In this document: positions 11,113 to 24,622 of the stretch, in pieces
How positions within the stretch are numbered: the first letter of the stretch is position 1
Layout: each line of letters begins with the position of its first letter
Source: Callorhinchus milii
Taxonomy: Eukaryota
Assembly: GCF_018977255.1 (NCBI RefSeq)
Contig: NW_024704743.1
Coordinates: 94,490,001-94,554,000 of the forward strand
Direction of reading: 5' to 3'
Length of the DNA: 64,000 nt
Position numbers and translations under genes: made by a program
Notes under the pieces: model-generated
What the model was told of the DNA's origin: nothing
Database searches by the model: none
Seen by the model: only the letters and a program-made list of their open reading frames with translations

Positions 11113-12734
11113 TCACACTCAGTTAAAAAAGGTAAAGAAGGCAAAAGATATTTTGGGTTTTATATGAAGATGCATTGAATACAAAAGGAAGGAAGTGATG
11201 TTAACTGTATACAAGACATTGGTTAGGCTAAAATTGGAGCAGTGAATGTAGTTCTATTTTGACTGTGGAAAGAAATTTTCTACTGAAGCAATAAATAACA
11301 ACCACAAAAATGTTACCGCGAAGAACAGCTATAACTAGTTAACTGAACAATTCAGATGAGAAACCTCTGCTTCTATATTCCAAAGAGTCAGCTTCCACTT
11401 ACAGCACTAATTACCAGCAGTTTTTGTCAACGTTTGTCAATTGTTCCATCTCTTTTGGAGGGAGTTCAAGATTTTTATATACTTTGTATGTTTCACTTAG
11501 AAGCCTCAGAACAACTGTAGTTCCCAAATACTGCATAGTATTGAAGAAATCTAATGATAGAAATGGGACTGTTGGATGGGAGATATAATCAATGTAAAAG
11601 ATAGTTCTGCAATATTCCTCTATAAGTCAGAAAATGGCAAAAAAAAAGCCTTTATGTATTCAAAATATTTATGAGAAAGGGTAACAAATTGACCCAGTGA
11701 AAGCCAACATCTTATCTTGAAACTTTTAGATGCCCCTTCTCATTGAAGAGATGCCACTTAAACATTTGGAGAGCTACGTGGTGAAGATTATGAATAGGTT
11801 GCTGATGATGTGAAATTTTGACAGAAACTATCCAACCCTATGTAGAACCATTTAAAGTAAGTGAAGCTCGCTGCCTTGGATTGTAGCTCTACAAAACCAC
11901 TGTTATAATATAAGATGTTGATTGTACAAGGAGTTTTCTAGGTTTCCATCATTGCAGATAAGAACATACATAATAGCATTAATGATTGTGATGTGATTTG
12001 GGAGACCAATGATAGACTGAGAAAAATGACCGAGTCCAGCAAGATTTTTCCGCAGTTTACTCAAGGGATTAAAATTGGATCCTGCCAGTAATTTTATATA
12101 ATTATTTTTTTCGTTAATTTTATGAAACTTTGGAGCAGAAATTCAACATTTTCAGGCAAATTAAATTGTGGATGCAGGACCTCATAATGGGTATTTTCCC
12201 ATACTATTTTAAACCATAGTACAAGTGTGGATATATATTATCTTATTCTTGTGCCTTCCATTGCATGCTAGGGTTGTCTTATACAAAATGTTGATTGAAG
12301 TCAATTCAAAATATTTAAAAGATTTTCAATGACATACTGAGAAGTCGCAAATAACAAGACTTTGGAAAACTTTTCTACAATTCTAAATTTAGAAAAGAAG
12401 TTGGAAAATAAGAACACAATATATGGGATCAATACACACCATTGTGACATTTGTCCATTTCCAAACGTAAAAATAAATAATCCCAAATCGCTGTTTTATT
12501 TTCTTATTTGCTTTGTTTACCAAATAACATTCTAATTCCCTCTTGAATCTGTTGAATAATTTGCCTCATGCTTCACAGGCTTCCTTGGGCATTCGACTCA
12601 ACATTTCACCACTCTGTGTGAGAATCAATCCTCTATTATTACATAGTCCTGATCTGTAAAATTCATTTTGATGTTAAGTTTAATTTATAATGTATGTAGT
12701 CTGTAAAGTTTGATATGCCACCTACACAAAAACC

Positions 12735-14298
12735 CAAACCCGGCTGCTTGAGTGCAGATGGCGGAAAACTGGCCTGACAGTTCACCGCCAACTCTGGCTC
12801 GAGCATCTCCACAGTCACTGCCGTTTTTTGACACGAGCAAAAACGGCCTTCTACTCCAACATCATCTTGGAGGCTAAACACAACCCTAAAATACTTTTTT
12901 CCATCACCCACTACCTCCTCCATGCGCCCCCTCAGGCCTCTTCAATCTTCACATCCAATGCCAAGTTCAAGGAGGTCATGGACTTCTTTTCATCTAAAAT
13001 ACACAACATCCGCCAGGCAGCCTCATCCGCCTGCCTCTTGTCACCCACCACAACGCCCTCTCTGTGCCCCTCACCCTCCCCATCATCTGCTCCTACCACG
13101 ACCCCGATCCTACATTCCTTCCTCCCCATCTCTCCCTCCTCCCTCTCACCCACCATCACCTCCATGAAACCCACCACCTGCTGCCTCGACCCCCTCCCCA
13201 CCAACTTACGAGTCACCCAACTCCCCCTCCTCTGCCCACTACTGGCTGATGTCATCTACCAGTCCCTCTCCTCTGGATCAGTCCCTGCCTCCCTCAAAAC
13301 TGCTGTCATCACCCCCCTCCTGAAAAAACCTTCCCTAGATCCCTCAGAACCCCAGCCATTACCGCCCTATTTCTAACCTGCCCTTCCTCGCAAAAGTTTT
13401 GCCACCTCTCTTTGCGACCCCCAGTCCCCTGATGTTCTGTCAGCCTGCCTGTCAGATCTCAGGGGCTGGATGAGCGCAAATTTCCTTCAGCTGAACATTG
13501 ACAAGACAGAAGCCATACTCTTTGGCTCATCAAAGTCTAAAATCTCATGGTCTCACCTCCTCCACCTACCTGACCTCCCCTTAAAACTCTCCGAACCTGT
13601 ACACAACCTAGACGTCAGGTTCGACCCCCAATTATCCTTCCCCCATATCCGGTGCCTCACCAGCACCGCTTCTTCCACCTCCGACGCATCGCCCATCTCC
13701 GCCAATACCTCTCTCTGAAAGCCGCTGAAACCCTGGTCCATGCCTTTGTCACCTCTCAGCTGGACTATTCAAATGCCCTCCTCACCGGCCTCCCCTCCAC
13801 TACCATCCATAAAATCCAGATTATTCAAAACTCAGCCGCCCGCATTCTCACCCGTACCAAACTCTGCTCCCCGATCACCCCAGTCCTTTCCAGGCTGCAC
13901 TGGCTGTCTGTCCCAGAGAGGATCGACTTCAAGATCCTCACGCTTGTCTTCAAATCCCTCCACTCCTCTGCACCCCCCTACCTCTCTGACCTCCTCTCTC
14001 CTCAAAACAGTGCCCGTCTGGCCTCCTCCTTGTCCCCCGAGTTCTCTGCTCCACCCTCGGTGGTCGTGCCTTCAGCCACTCTGCCCCGAGGCTCTGGAAC
14101 TCCCTTCCTCACTCCCTTCGCCTCACCCCCTCTCTTCCTATTTTCAGGTCTCTGCTGAAGAACCTTTCTTTTCAACCGCGCCTTTGGTCACCTTCCTCCC
14201 CCTCCCCCTGGCTCGGCCCCGGGATCCGTTATTGTGAAGCGCTTTGAGCCACCGTCTGGCGTGTAGGGCACTATATAAATCCAAGTTGTTGTTGTTGT
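12735..14298 (+). mobile_element. L2 copy with internal deletion of the RT core
   Basis: KPTTCCLDPLPT..KTAVITPLLKKPSLD..SNLPFLAKV joined at ~13400 directly to the post-YADD region (WMSANFLQLNIDKTE); (TTG)n tail. Confidence 0.92.
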
Positions 14299-15734
14299 AC
14301 ACATGGAAATAAATCCCAGAAATAGATTGTTGGAATGGAATGCGCATTTTCTCTAATTCTGGAAAATATTGGGTGCAGGTTGGCAAGAGCCCCTGGTCTG
14401 CTCTTCCAAGTCCTGCCGAGCCCGGCTGCCTGTGCTGTCAATTTAATTTTAAATGTCATTGTAATGTCATTTTAAAGCATTGTCATGGAGTACTGTATAA
14501 CTGTCTGCTTCAGGAACTGGAGTACGGAGACCACAACAGAGAGTGGGCTCCATTCTGACATTCCATAGCCAATCACATCACCTTGGAGCCAATTCATCTC
14601 TAAGGAGACCCTGATTACCCGCCATCCCCGTCCCCCCCACCCCCGAGGATAATTGACTGCTTGTTACTGAGAACAATTGTGACATGCATTACATTTACTA
14701 TTAGCTACTCATGGTGGGGTAATACTGAATTCCCTAGACTTTCCTAACAGCCAACATGAAGATGGTTTTAGAATGCCCATTGCAATAATGTTATGTGCTA
14801 ATCAGAGGTTTGGGACTGAGCTCAGTGTTTGGTATCAATGTGAAAAGTACTGTTAATTTATGTTCAAATTAAGTAATGCAAGACGAGAAGGCAGTATTAT
14901 TTGAAAGCTTGCTAATTCAATAAAGTAAGTTATATTGTTGTACATTAAAAGACACCTTTAAGATGCATTAACATTTGTAATAGATTAACATTAAAAGATA
15001 TGGATCAGAACCAAATTACAAATGTTAAAATCTTTTCCATATCCTTCAATTGATCTGAATTGAGGAAATAATTTATCCTGTTCCCCTTGAACAGCTTTAT
15101 GTAGTGTTTCAAAATCTTTTTTGTTCACTCTTCATATCAATGTATACAGTGTCACATGTCAAAAGTAATGATTGCCGTTTTAAGGCATTTATAATTGCCC
15201 TACACTTTTAGCTGTTTTGCACAAGTAAGATAACAATCAAATTTGAGATTAAAAGACAAATAAGCAGAGAGCAACACTATAGAGAATACTATTATTTATA
15301 ACAAGATCTGAGTTTGATTTTGAAACAGGCCTTTACTTCAGATCTATGCTGATCTCAAACAGTTTTGGGAATGTATGTTTGCACTGTGGGCTTCCTTGTT
15401 TACTATGAAGTTTAAATCTTCTGGGTTGTGCTGTTTATCTAGAACCCTTTCAACCCCCACCCTCCAATTTTAAGCTTTTCTCCACTTGTTTTTAAAATTC
15501 TTAAACTTTGAAAAGAAAAATGGGTTTCTCCTACTGTCCAGGCTAACATTTCTCCAAATAAAGTTGGTCATTCACTTTGTGGCTGTGCAGTATTCCTATG
15601 TTGGCTGCCTCATTCACCTACAAAATACAGTCACTTCACTAACAGTAACTCCTGTGAAGTTCTTTGAGGCGTCCTCCTATATCAAATACAAGGGTTATTA
15701 TTACTATTGTATGTTACAAGTACAACTTCTCCAA

Positions 15735-16115
15735 TGGCTAAGATCATTTATTCAGTAAGTAGATGAACCATGCAAACCGTAAAGTTTTAAATCCTGGTCT
15801 TTGCTGCATTAACTATTCTCAGCAGTAAAAATGCTGCTGTTGGCCTTAGGACCCAGGTATTAAAGGGAAAACCAGCTCGCTCCTGTTCCTAGTTTCTGTC
15901 AGAAGCTCCTCTTTGGAGGTCCAGGGCCTTGGATATTGGGTGAGAACCGGACTGGGCTTCCCTCTGATGTTGCCAAACTTGAATGGCTATCTGCCCTCAT
16001 TGTACTCACTGCCAAGGTTCAAGTATGAAGGATGCCTACTTGGGTGAGGCATCCAGTAAAAAAGGAGTCAAAATCCTTCACAGGATGAGAGGAAATCAAA
16101 TTGGTGGGAAACAAA
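15735..16115 (+). mobile_element. Ancient SINE relic, AmnSINE2-like
   Basis: gggtgagaaccggactgggct..actcactgccaaggttca..atgaaggatgcctacttgggtgagg; similar to 2365-2700. Confidence 0.55.
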
Positions 16116-16289
16116 ATCCTCATGGGCAATGGAGTTTGTCAAGTTCTGTTTGCTTTGAGATTATAAGGTGGTGCTCTGATGACTGTAATTTTAGTACAGT
16201 GTGAATTAATATACCTCTGTAATGTTTTAATAAATGATTAACATTAAAAAAGATCAGCTAAAATGCAAAAGCACGACATTTTGGAGTAC

Positions 16290-16615
16290 TGTGGAGTCCT
16301 GTAGCTCAGTGGTTAGAGCACTCGCTTTGCAAGCAAGAGACCTGAGTTCAATTCCAGGCAGGGCGAAACCTTGGGCAAGTTTCCTTACTCCACACAGAGC
16401 CTAATAATAATCCCTCCAAAACAAAAAACAATTATAAATTGGTCATTTTCAATCTACGACTGTTTGTGGGACATTGCTGTGCGCAATTGGCTGCCGCGTT
16501 CGCCCACAAATATACTGTCAATTCACTTTACAGTGTGTTCTGTGAAGCGCTTTGGGATGTCCTCCTGACGTGAAAAGCGCTATACCAAATGCAAGGATTA
16601 TTATTATTATTATTT
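16290..16615 (+). mobile_element. tRNA-Ala-like-headed SINE, short form, full length
   Basis: Head GTGGAGTCCTGTAGCTCAGTGGTTAGAGC (A box), TTGCAA anticodon loop, GTTCAATTCC (B box); L2-type tail and (TTA)n. Confidence 0.95.
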
Positions 16616-17542
16616 TAGGTCACGGGTTCAATGTTATTTGTAATAAAACATGATCTATGGTGCCTACTACAGTATAACATGACAAAACATGGTATAAAGC
16701 ATTCAGAATGACTTTAGAATGAGTCTAGCCTTTTTATTTATGAATATATATAGATATTTGGTTTTAAAAAAGAACCCAATAAAAACAATTGTCAAACATT
16801 GGCTCATGCTTTCAGTGTGTAAGATGAAACAAATTTATATTGCAATACATTTTCAGCACTAAATAAGCATGTTTTTATAAATACTTGTATACGTTTACAA
16901 ATATTAGTTTTAAATCTCTGGAGGCATTTCATTGCCAAATTGTGGCCCAAATTATCACCTATAGCGCCCCTCACAAGATATTTCTGTCCTGTCTGTCCAT
17001 CTGTCTGTCAATCTAATAATCTTTTGACAGGAGCTTGTCTGGTTTCTTTTGAAAGCCTTTGCAGTATTTTATTGCACCATCTGGATACTGATGGTCTGTT
17101 CCACATGCCCATCATCCTTTTATTAAAAATCATTCCTGAATTTCCTATTATCTTTTGTTGTTCTTATCTCTAAAATCTGATACCTTGTTATAGATTTTGA
17201 AAATCAAGACAATTGCCTATATTTGTCACTATTTCTCAAAATAGTGTCAATGGTTCTTAACATCTACCTGAATGAGCAGAAAAGATCTTGATTTAAGGTG
17301 TAATCTGAAGAGCAACACCTCGAACAGTGCACCATAGGAGTATCAGCCTTGATGTGAGTAGGAATTCCACCTGGGTCTACATTTACTCTATTATAAATGC
17401 AGCATTTTGGAGCATACAGGTTTTGTCATATTCTTCAAAATGGTCTTTGATTTTGAAGCCAGTGTTCTGTAAGTTACCTTTAAGCATTGCAGATCACCAG
17501 TTTCAGAGTTGAGATTAAATTTAGGAAATTGCCAAATTCTGT

Positions 17543-17625
17543 GGACTTCAAGATCCTCACCCTTGTCTTCAAATCCCTCCACTCCTCTGCACCGCTCCTA
17601 CCTCTCTGACCTCCTCTCTCCTCAA
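17543..17625 (+). mobile_element. Short internal L2 fragment
   Basis: Almost identical to 13926-14006. Confidence 0.85.
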
Positions 17626-18127
17626 TGCAAAGGAAATGAACAGGCAAATAGAACTTTTAAAGACTGCTCTAGATTCATCACATATCCATACTTTTTAGAT
17701 CCATCATTAATGTCTTTATTTTTAAACAAAATATTCAGATGGAATTATTTGGAAGATTCATTACACCAGAGAAAAACTGCTAAGCCATGTTACCACAAAT
17801 AATCTACAAACACTGCAATTATTGTTTATACATATATATATTGCAGTCCATCTGGTCAGTCTCAAAGTTTATATTGGGATTGGCAGGATGGACCGCAATG
17901 GTCTTTTAATGTCCTGTAGCATCCTATCTTTCTATTAATTGGTTATGTAATCTAAGATTTTTTTTGCAAAAATAAAGCATCTTAATGTACTGTTTTGTCA
18001 TACTGAAACATCCCAAATAACTTAATAGAAAGTTTTCTGTGATGAACAAAGACCATATTTTATAGGCAATTGTGGTAACAATATACACCAGCAAAGACTC
18101 CATCACCCAGAAATGTAGCTAAATTAA

Positions 18128-19440
18128 TCAACAACAACAAAATTACATTTGTAAAGCTCCCTGCACAATGGGAGGATGTCCCAAGGCGCTAAACAGTCAG
18201 AGATCAGGACCCGAGCGTGGTGGGGTGGCGGGGCAGGGCAGGGGCGGGATGAGGGAGGGCAAAGGGGGTAGGAGGGTGGCTGAAGGCATGGTCAAAAAAG
18301 AGGGTCTTGACTCTTGCCTTGAAGGAGGCAAGAGAGGCAAGAGAAGGAGCAAGGCGAAGGGATTCTGGGATAGAGTTCCAAAGAGTGGGGGCAGAGAGGC
18401 TGAAAGCCCAGCCATCGATGTAGGGTGGGAGACCTGGAGCTGGTCGGAGCCTGTTGAGCAGAGGGAGTGGACAGGTTGATAGGGGGTCAGCAGGTCAGAG
18501 AGGTAGGAGGGGGCAAAGCCGTAGAGAGCCTTGAAAGTGAGGCCGAGGATTTTGAACTCGATCCTCTGAGAGATGGAGAGCCAGTGGAACCGGGTGAGGG
18601 TGATGGGGTCATGGAGCATGGTGTGGGAGAGGACACGAGTTGCAGAGTTCTGGATGATCTGCAACTTGTGGAGGGAAGAGTTGGGGAGGCTGACAAGCAG
18701 GGAGTTTCCATAGTCTAGCCTTGAGGTGATGAATGAGGGTTTCAGCGCCTGATGGTTGAGGAAGTGGTGGAGTTGGGCAATGTTGCGAAGGTGGGGGAAG
18801 GCAGAGCGGGTCATGGCATGGATATGGGGGAGAAAGGACAATTAAGGGTCGAACAAGACGCCCAGGTTCCTAACTGGCTTGGTGAGGTGGCGTATGCAAC
18901 CATGGATGTTGATGCTGCCAGTACCTGAGGTCCTGAGGTGCTGGTGCGAGCCAATTAGGAGAGCCTCAGTCTTGCTGACATTCAGCGGTAGAAAGTTGGT
19001 TCTGATCCAGGACTTGATGTCAGACAGACAGTCTTTCAGGACGTCAGATGTACTGGAATCACAGGTGGAGGCAGAGAGATAGAGTTGGGTGTCATCCGCG
19101 TAAATGTGGACATTGACCCCATGTCGGCAGAGGGAGCCCTGGTCACAGATGGACAAAATATCATTTGTCACCTTGACCAGAGCAGCTTCCGTGCTGTAAG
19201 CAACACGGAAACCCAATTGGAGGAGCTTGTGAAGGGAGTGGTAGGAGAGGAATGAGAGCAGCTGGGAAGCAATAACTCTTTCAAGAACCTTCGAAAGAAA
19301 AGGGAGGTTTGAGATGGGCTGATAGTTATAAGGTAGGGGTAGGTACAGGGAAGGTTTTTTCAGAATGGGGGTGATTGCAGCTGTTTTTAGGGGGATGGGA
19401 GCGGTGCCAGATGAAAGGGAAAGATTGATGGTTAAGAAAT
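18128..19440 (-). mobile_element. L2 3' fragment with internal deletion
   Basis: [48 protein letters not shown]; the segment between CDQGSLC and RHGVN is missing. Confidence 0.95.
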
Positions 19441-20393
19441 GATGGTTGAGAATTAAGTGTGAGTAACATATTTTGTGTAAACTGAAATTGGAGATCTGTA
19501 ACCACACCCAAATATGTCTTGTAACAGGTTCATATTTGAACTGGGCAAATGTATTTTTTAAAATTAGTCAATTCGTTGCGACCCATTATTCATTTAAAAA
19601 AATTCAGTAACACGGTTTTGTGTTCACTTCCTCATTTTATTTGGGAAATCATTCAAAGCACCTGTACGTTGTGGCAGACGTCTTCATATTTCTATGATGT
19701 AGTTACGATGTAGCTTAGCATATACCAGTCAAACAACCGAAATCATGTACAGTAAGTTCTTAATCAATGTGTTCTAAACTGGGAGTCAGTGTGTAAAAGA
19801 CCTTAATTTGGTGCATATGTGAATAGAGTGCTTTTATTTAACACCCCCACCTCCGCTTGGGTCCTAAGCCCTGAATGTTCAATGCTTTGGGACATCCTCC
19901 AGGCGTGAAAGGCGCTTTAGAAATGTAATTTTGTATTGTAATTTATGAAACTCGCTTCTAAATCATTCACAAGCCTTCTGATGTATATCTCTCATGCTCA
20001 CTCTCACACTCATATAACTCATGAAATTGTTGTTGGCATTGCTGGATGCTATTGCTGAACTTCCATCTTTCAAATCTTTCAAAACCATTTTAGACATTTT
20101 CCTGGCTGCTCACAATATCCCAAATCAGTACCCTAATTCTTTTCAGTTGAGCTTGGTAAGTTTCTTTCCACTTTATCCATTTCGGTAAAATAGTTGCTAT
20201 TAATCAAGCTAAGAGATACGGATTGATGAGTGAGATAACTTAACAGTAAGTCAGTTCAGGATTCGTTTTATCAAAAAAAGCCAATAAGACTTCAATAAAT
20301 AAGACAAGAGGAAAAGAACAAGATCAAAACAAAGTGAGTGTAGCAGGAGATGCTGGCCTCAAAAAGGAGTAAATGGCAGATTTTAACAGAGTT

Positions 20394-21340
20394 TAACATA
20401 ACATAACGTAACATAACATGTAGGAGCAGGAGTAGGCCATTCAGCCCTTCAAGCCTGCCCCGCCATTCAATCATGGCTGATCTTCTAATCTAACTCCAGC
20501 TAATAACCTAACCCTGCCTTATCCCCATATCCCTTAGTCCCTTTTGCAATAAGAAATCTTTCTATCTCAGTCTTGAATATATTCAAGGACTGAGCGTCAA
20601 CAGCCCTTTGGGGTCGTGAGTTCCATACATTCACCACTCTTTGAGTGAAAAAGTTCTTCCTCAACTCAGTGCGAAAGGGCTGCCTCTGATTTTAAGGTTG
20701 TGACCCCTGGTTTTAGTTTCTCCAACCAGGGGAAACAATCTCCCACTATCTACTCTATCATGTCCTTTGATGATCTTATAGGTTTCTATAAGATCCCCTC
20801 TAATTCTTCTATATTCTAGAGAATATAGGCCCAAATTGGTCAGCCTATCCTCATAACTCAACCCCTTCATCCCTGGTACTAACCTAATAAATCTACGCTG
20901 CACCCCCTCCAAGGCAAGTACATCCTTCCTTAAATGAGGAGACCAAAACTGGACACAGTATTCCAGGTGTGGTCTCATCAGGACCCTATACAGTCGCAGC
21001 AAGACTTCCCTACTCTTATACTCTAATCCTTTCATAATGAATGCTAACATACCGTTAGCATTCATTATGAAAGGATTAGAGTATAAGAGTAGGGAAGTCT
21101 TCCTAATTGCTGCTGCACCTGCAGACTAACTTTCTGTGATTGGTGTACAAGGACACCCAAGTCCCTCTGGACGCTAACACATTCCAATCTCTCCCCTTCT
21201 AAAAAATAACCCGTTCTACTGTTTTTGCTCCCTAGGTGGATGACTTCGCACTTCCCTACATTATACTTCATCTGCCACCTACCTGTCCAATCATCTAACC
21301 TATCTATGTCTCGCTGCATTTTTTTAATGTCGTCCTCTGT
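20394..21340 (-). mobile_element. CR1-clade LINE 3' fragment
   Basis: WQMKYNVGKCEVIHLG, LYRVLMRPHLEYCVQFWSP, LGLYSLEYRRIRGDLIETYKI, KTRGH; short tandem-repeat tail, (AACAT)n on plus. Confidence 0.96.
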
Positions 21341-21749
21341 GTCAGCCAGTCAGAGGCACGAGAGCGAGAGGTGGAGCCTAGACCGAGCAGTTGGGATAAA
21401 GCCACAGCGAGGAGAGCAGCCAGTCAGTTTAAAAGTTGTTGAATTCCAACGGAAATCCTTAATAACTTGAAGCAATTTAATAAGGACTCATTATTGACTT
21501 TTGTTCTGTATTCCCTTAATTGAGGTCCAGTGTACAGTTTTCTAAAGGGATTTCTTGATAAAGAAACCAGAAATAAATCACCCATGCGAATTCCATTGTA
21601 AAATTAGATTCCTGCTGGTGTTTGCAGTGTACTTCTGGATTCCTTATTAAGCAATCCTGATAGAAATGACTAATATACTGTATCGGACCCCAATGAAAGG
21701 AATCCTGATTAAGAGCAAAGTCTGACTTTTATTGTTCCCAAGGTAATGG

Positions 21750-23197
21750 CCAACAACAACAACAACAACAAGATTCCATTTATTGAGCGCTTTTTCACGT
21801 CGGGAGGACGTCCCAAGGCGCTGTACAGTTGGGTCAGGACCCGAGCAAGGGGGAAATAGTCAGGGTGAGGGGAGGGAAGGGAGGGAGCGAGGAGGGGGTA
21901 GTGAGTCGAGAGGGGAGCTGAAGGCACGGTCGAAGAGAAAGGTCTTGAGACCGGCCTTGAAGGAGGAAAGGGAGGAGGCGGCGAAGGCACTGGGGGATAG
22001 AGTTCCAGAGCCTCGGGGCTGAGAGGCTGAAGGCCCGGCCACCGATGGTAGAGCGGTTGGGGCGGGGGATGTGGAGCAGACCGGAGCCAGAGGAACGGAG
22101 GGTACGGGCAGGTAGGTAGGGGGATAGTAGGTCGGAGAGGTAGGAGGGAGCAAGGCCGTGAATGGCCTTGTAGGTGAGGATGAGGATCTTGAATTCGATC
22201 CTCTGGGGGATGGGGAGCCAGTGGAGGCGAGCGAGGGTGGGAGTGATGTGGTCCGAAGCCTGGTGCGGGACAGTACACGAGCTGCAGAGTTCTGAATGAC
22301 CTGCAGCTTGTGGAGGGAGGTGCCGGGAAGGCCGGCGAGGAGAGAGTTCCCATAGTCCAGCCTTGAGGTGATAAAGGCGTGGACCAGAGTTTCAGCAGCG
22401 TGAGGGGTGAGGTAGTGCCGTAGTCTGGCGACATTCCGGAGGTGATGGAAGGCGGTGCCAGTTGTGGCGCGGATATGAGGGAGAAAGGACAGCTCAGGGT
22501 CGAACAGAACCCCGAGGTTCCTGACTGGCTTTGAGAGGTGGAGAGTGCAGCCTTGGATGCTGATGCTGTCAGCGCCTGAGGTGCGGAGGCGCTGACGTGA
22601 GCCAATCAGGAGGGCCTCAGTTTTGCGCACGTTGAGCTGAAGAAAGTTATCTCTCGTCCAGGACTCGATGTCGGACAGGCAGCTGTCAGGACATCGGTGG
22701 TCGTGGAGTTGAGGGTAGAGGAGGAAAGGTAGAGTTGGGTGTCATCCGCATACATGTGGAAGTTAACCCCATGTCTGCGGATGATGTCACCAAGGGGGAG
22801 CATATAGAGGGTGAAGAGGAGGGGACCGAGGACAGAGCCCTGAGGGACACCGCACGAGACAGTGCGGGGGCCGGAGGAAAAGCCATTCGTGGAGACAAAG
22901 TGAAGATGGTGGGAGAGGTACAACCTAAACCACTCAAGGACAGGGCCTTGAAGGTTTAGGTGGGAGGACAAGCGGTGGAGGAGGATAGCATGGTCGACCG
23001 TATCAAATGCTGCCGATAGGTCGAGGAGGACGAGGAGGCAGAGGGAGCCCTGGTCACAGATGGTCAGGATGTCATTGGTGACCTTGACCAGGGCAGTTTC
23101 TGTGCTATGGGCAGCACGGAAACCCGACTGAAGGGGTTCGAGTAATGAATGGTTGGAGAGGAAAGAGCGCAGCTGGGAGGCGACAACTCGTTCCAAT
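21750..23197 (-). mobile_element. Young L2 copy, 5'-truncated
   Basis: [49 protein letters not shown]; (TTG)n tail. Confidence 0.97.
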
Positions 23198-23422
23198 GTA
23201 GGTTAGCTGAGAAGCCACTTGTATCTAAGTTCCTGGGTCCAGTACCAGTACCTCTGTCGTCAGCTCCAGTCATAATCTTGGTCTGGACTGGCAGTCTGGC
23301 TACATTACCCTGATGTTGCAGATGAAGGCCTCTGGTATGGAGTAGACCGTCTTCATTCAATATATTCCTCTGAATTGCTTTGAAATCACTTTGTGTAATA
23401 CTCTCCCATGCTCCCATGTGAT

Positions 23423-23865
23423 CCTCCCCATCCCTCAGAGGATCGAGTTCAAAATCCTCGTCCTCATCTTCAAGGCCCTTCATGGCCTGTCCCCTCCTAC
23501 CTCTCCAACCTGCTAACCCCTTATTAACCTGTCCACTCCCTCCGCTCAGCAGGCTCCGGCCTGCTCCATGTCCCCCGCCCAGCCCGACCCACCATCAGCG
23601 GTTGGGCCTTCAGCCCGTCTGCCCCCATCCTCCAGAACTCCATTCCATATTCCCTTTGCCTCGCTACCTCCCTTGCCTCCCTTCAAGCATGCCTTAAGAC
23701 CCACCTCTTCAACCGTACCTTTGAATACCCTCCTGTCCTCTCTGCGCTCCACACTTCCTGATCACTCCCCCGCCGCCACTTGGGGCTAAATCCCTGACTG
23801 TTCAGTGCCTTGGGATGTCCTCCCAATGTGAAAGGCGCTTTACAAATGTAATTTTGTATTGTATT
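23423..23865 (+). mobile_element. L2 3' fragment
   Basis: QRIEFKILVLIFKAL-type coding segment and tail gggatgtcctcccaatgtgaaaggcgct. Confidence 0.9.
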
Positions 23866-24029
23866 CAGGAAAAGTGGGTAGCCAAGTGCAGAAAGCAGGG
23901 GCAAATGAATAAAAAATTCTCCAAAATTGTTTAACAGGAATTCTAAAAGGGATTTTAAGAAGCTGTCCTTTCTTCCTCACATCTGACCAGGACCGCATTC
24001 CTCCACCTCCACCATATTGCCTGACTTTG

Positions 24030-24622
24030 ACAGTAACTGACACCCATTACAGTCAAAACCCTTATCCATGTATTTGCCATCTCCTGCCTGGATTATTCCA
24101 ATACCTTCCTTCCCGGTCTCCCCAGCTCCATCATTCATAAGATCCAATTAATTAAAAACCCTGCCGTCCATTTCCTCATCCGCACCAAACTCCATACCGT
24201 TATCACCCCAGTACTTGCCCGGCTCTATTGGCTCCCTATGGATTGATTTCAAGTTGCTGACACTCACGTACAAATCCATTCATGCCCTGGCACCTCCCTA
24301 CTCGCCGATCTCCTTACATCCCACTCCACTACCTGCCCACTTTGCTCAGCTGGTACCGGTCTCCTTCATGTCCCTCATCCACTCAGCTCCAATATCAGCA
24401 AGCATGCTTTCAGCTGTTATACCCCAAAACTATGGAACCCTCTGCCTCAGTCCCTTCGCCCTGCCTCCTCCTTGCCCATCTTCAGTTCATATCTGAATAC
24501 CTTCTCGGCAATTGTACCTATTGCCTCCTCCCCCCTCTCCCTTGCTGGGGTGTCAAGCTCTGCCATTGGTAAGCACTCTGAGATGCTAATCTGTGTGAAG
24601 ATCACTATATAAATGCAAGTTA
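24030..24622 (+). mobile_element. Older L2 3' fragment
   Basis: LDYSN and IDFKLLTLTYKSIHALAP motifs; degenerate tail. Confidence 0.85.

Noticed and set aside
16290..16365. tRNA-Ala(TGC) genes (here and at the other SINE heads)
   Set aside because: The acceptor stem is not properly formed and each head continues into a SINE body and LINE-type tail.
21709..23196. Functional reverse transcriptase gene or retron-like system
   Set aside because: It is a 5'-truncated, frameshifted L2 ORF2 with no endonuclease domain or ORF1 in the window.
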